Origin: an uncultured Nitrososphaeraceae archaeon
GTDB lineage: Archaea; Thermoproteota; Nitrososphaeria; Nitrososphaerales; Nitrososphaeraceae
Direction: 5' to 3'
DNA length: 64,000 nucleotides
Assembly: GCA_963779615.1 (NCBI GenBank)
Contig: CAVZZA010000005.1
Span: forward strand, 640,001-704,000
Shown: positions 63,401-64,000 of the stretch, one piece after another
Position numbering within the stretch: the stretch's first letter is position 1
Layout of the letters: every line of letters starts with the position of its first letter
Program-made: the position numbers and the translations under genes
Notes under the pieces: model-generated
Database searches by the model: none
Told to the model about the DNA's origin: nothing
Seen by the model: the letters and a program-made list of their open reading frames with translations, nothing else

Positions 63401-64000
63401 TGTGCTTGGGGTATGCCTGACACCTCGTTGTCAAAGTAGGTTGTAACGTGATACTGCAGCAAATCAACCAGGTCTTGAACTATCAAGGGGGGAGTTCCTG
63501 CTTCCTTGCTTTCTTTTAATCTTTGGTTTACCCTAATGATATCTACCAGCTTGTGTGTGAGATCGTCTTCTGAACGAATGCCAGTTTCCAAAATAATAGA
63601 AGGTCTTACAGTAACAGGGGGCACGGGTAAAACTTGTAAGATAAACCACTCGGGTCTGGCGGTTTTGGGATCGAATCCTAACAATATCAGGTCATCGTTT
63701 GATACATTCACCAATCTTTCCCTTATTGTAATTGGCAGTAATCTGTTTTCGCCCAATTCAGTTTTTTCAACAAAAATAGTAGGCTTTGTAAAGATTAAGT
63801 CATATTGTTCTTTTTGGCAGTGGGGGCAAACCTTTACTTTTTTTGCTTTTTCAATAATGTCATCCTTGACATTTTCAAGGGTAATTACCGCATAGGCGGC
63901 CTTGCTGTCACGCAAATTTTTGTATTTCTCAAGATCATCGTTGTTTAGTTTAATGCGATTGCAGGACCTGCAGGTAATCAATAGTAATTTATGGATATCA
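60478..64000 (-). CDS. rpo1: DNA-directed RNA polymerase largest subunit, unsplit A'+A''; 5' end outside window
   Basis: GKRVDFSSR, NADFDGD, GGREGLVDTAVRT, QSIGEPGTQMTLRTFH and LKGVTENVI all in one ORF. Confidence 0.97.
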   Translation of the reverse strand, partial: DIHKLLLITCRSCNRIKLNNDDLEKYKNLRDSKAAYAVITLENVKDDIIEKAKKVKVCPHCQKEQYDLIFTKPTIFVEKTELGENRLLPITIRERLVNVSNDDLILLGFDPKTARPEWFILQVLPVPPVTVRPSIILETGIRSEDDLTHKLVDIIRVNQRLKESKEAGTPPLIVQDLVDLLQYHVTTYFDNEVSGIPQAHHRSGRPLKTITQRLKGKEGRFRGSLSGKRVDFSSRTVISPDPNLNISDVGVPSDVAKKLTIPETVSSWNIDKLKSLVLNGPNVYPGANYIIRPDGVKIRLEYVADRTGIADSLVMGYTVERHLLEGDIVIFNRQPSLHRMSIMAHNVRVLPYRTFRVHPAVCPPYNADFDGDEMNLHVPQSQEARAEAALLMRVQDQIISPRYGGPIIGGIRDFITGAFLLTRDDTFLTADEIANLSYLGGYNGPLPKPQSEKDGIPLYSGKQLFSLFLPKDFNFVISSKWNKSSKRQGKDVVIKNGQLISGVIDKASIGAEEPDSVLHRIAKDYGNDVARKFLDSILIMLKTYITHRGFSYGYSDLWLNDETRQEILDVIDKTYSKINELVLQYKEGTLPLTRGLSPEEALELYVVNELSRARDRAGKTADRSFPDDNSGVIMASTGARGSTLNIGQMTAALGQQSIRGKRIIKGYRNRALSHFKPGEQNPDSKGFVKSNYRDGLNPIQFFFHAMGGREGLVDTAVRTQQSGYMQRRLINALEHLKAEYDLTVRDPHGNLIQFVYGDDGIDPAKSDHGEAVNIDRLVEAESVIDEGPKADENQIKEILGKYEDKMNPKMRSTIESALSTNPLSKPGLKKVVSKIVDLFEKAMVEPGEAVGVVTAQSIGEPGTQMTLRTFHFAGVKERNVTLGLPRLIELVDARKKPVTPTMDIYLDEEHRLSREKALEVAKRIIFTRISDLIIKVDTDYSGVLSFYFSDKKIADRGTNINDIHEVLKSSKKRYDVSVDESSLVIKITLSEEPDAQTLLTLRNKLLNGRVKGVPDIERVTIVKQNEEWVIQTSGSNLAKVILIEGVDLSRITTNNVFEIWQTLGIEAARTALVKEITNTLEEQGLEVDIRHIMLVADLMTSKGYLQQIGRHGIAGTKTSVLARAAFEITVPTIARASVEGQIEPLKGVTENVIVGATVPVGTGMIDLYMSVKE

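Noticed and set aside
60478-64000. Fused (unsplit) RNA polymerase A'/A'' subunit as a novelty
   Set aside because: This is the established state in Nitrososphaerota; useful for taxonomy only.
1-64000. tRNA or rRNA genes
   Set aside because: No GC-rich cloverleaf or rRNA-like segment was recognised by eye; tRNAscan-SE and Infernal would be needed to exclude small RNAs.

Overview
This window is from an AT-rich ammonia-oxidising archaeon (Nitrososphaerales, Ca. Nitrosocosmicus-like, inferred from the unsplit RNA polymerase largest subunit, the accA/C/B cluster and protein style). It has four parts. (1) 1-23 kb: a glycan-modification island with 7 GT-B glycosyltransferases, 4 FkbM and 3 other class I SAM methyltransferases and one decayed IS5 element; the paralogs share recently homogenised tracts. 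(2) 27-38.5 kb: an array of 10 paralogous genes or remnants for secreted proteins. They share a signal peptide and a Q/N/D-rich core (QDNFCYRGDDCEQANQGQQIVGKDNDAxGFNDQSDN) with variable C-termini, and 8 sit behind a ~102-bp promoter module of fixed spacing. This is the best candidate for an undescribed system: a possible curli-like, glycosylated extracellular matrix or fibre. (3) 23-27 kb and 38.5-50.5 kb: accessory genes (CDF transporter, membrane-anchored HNH nuclease, NYN protein, orphan DNA methyltransferase, MRJP/Yellow and Vgb-like propellers, a 57-aa secreted-peptide precursor missed by the ORF track, a YVTN protein, a patatin). (4) 50.9-64 kb: core genes (acetyl/propionyl-CoA carboxylase, rfcL, rps7, rps12, nusA, rpl30e, rpo1). 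Single-base frameshifts, many in homopolymers and one in rfcL, suggest long-read errors, so most pseudogene calls are provisional.
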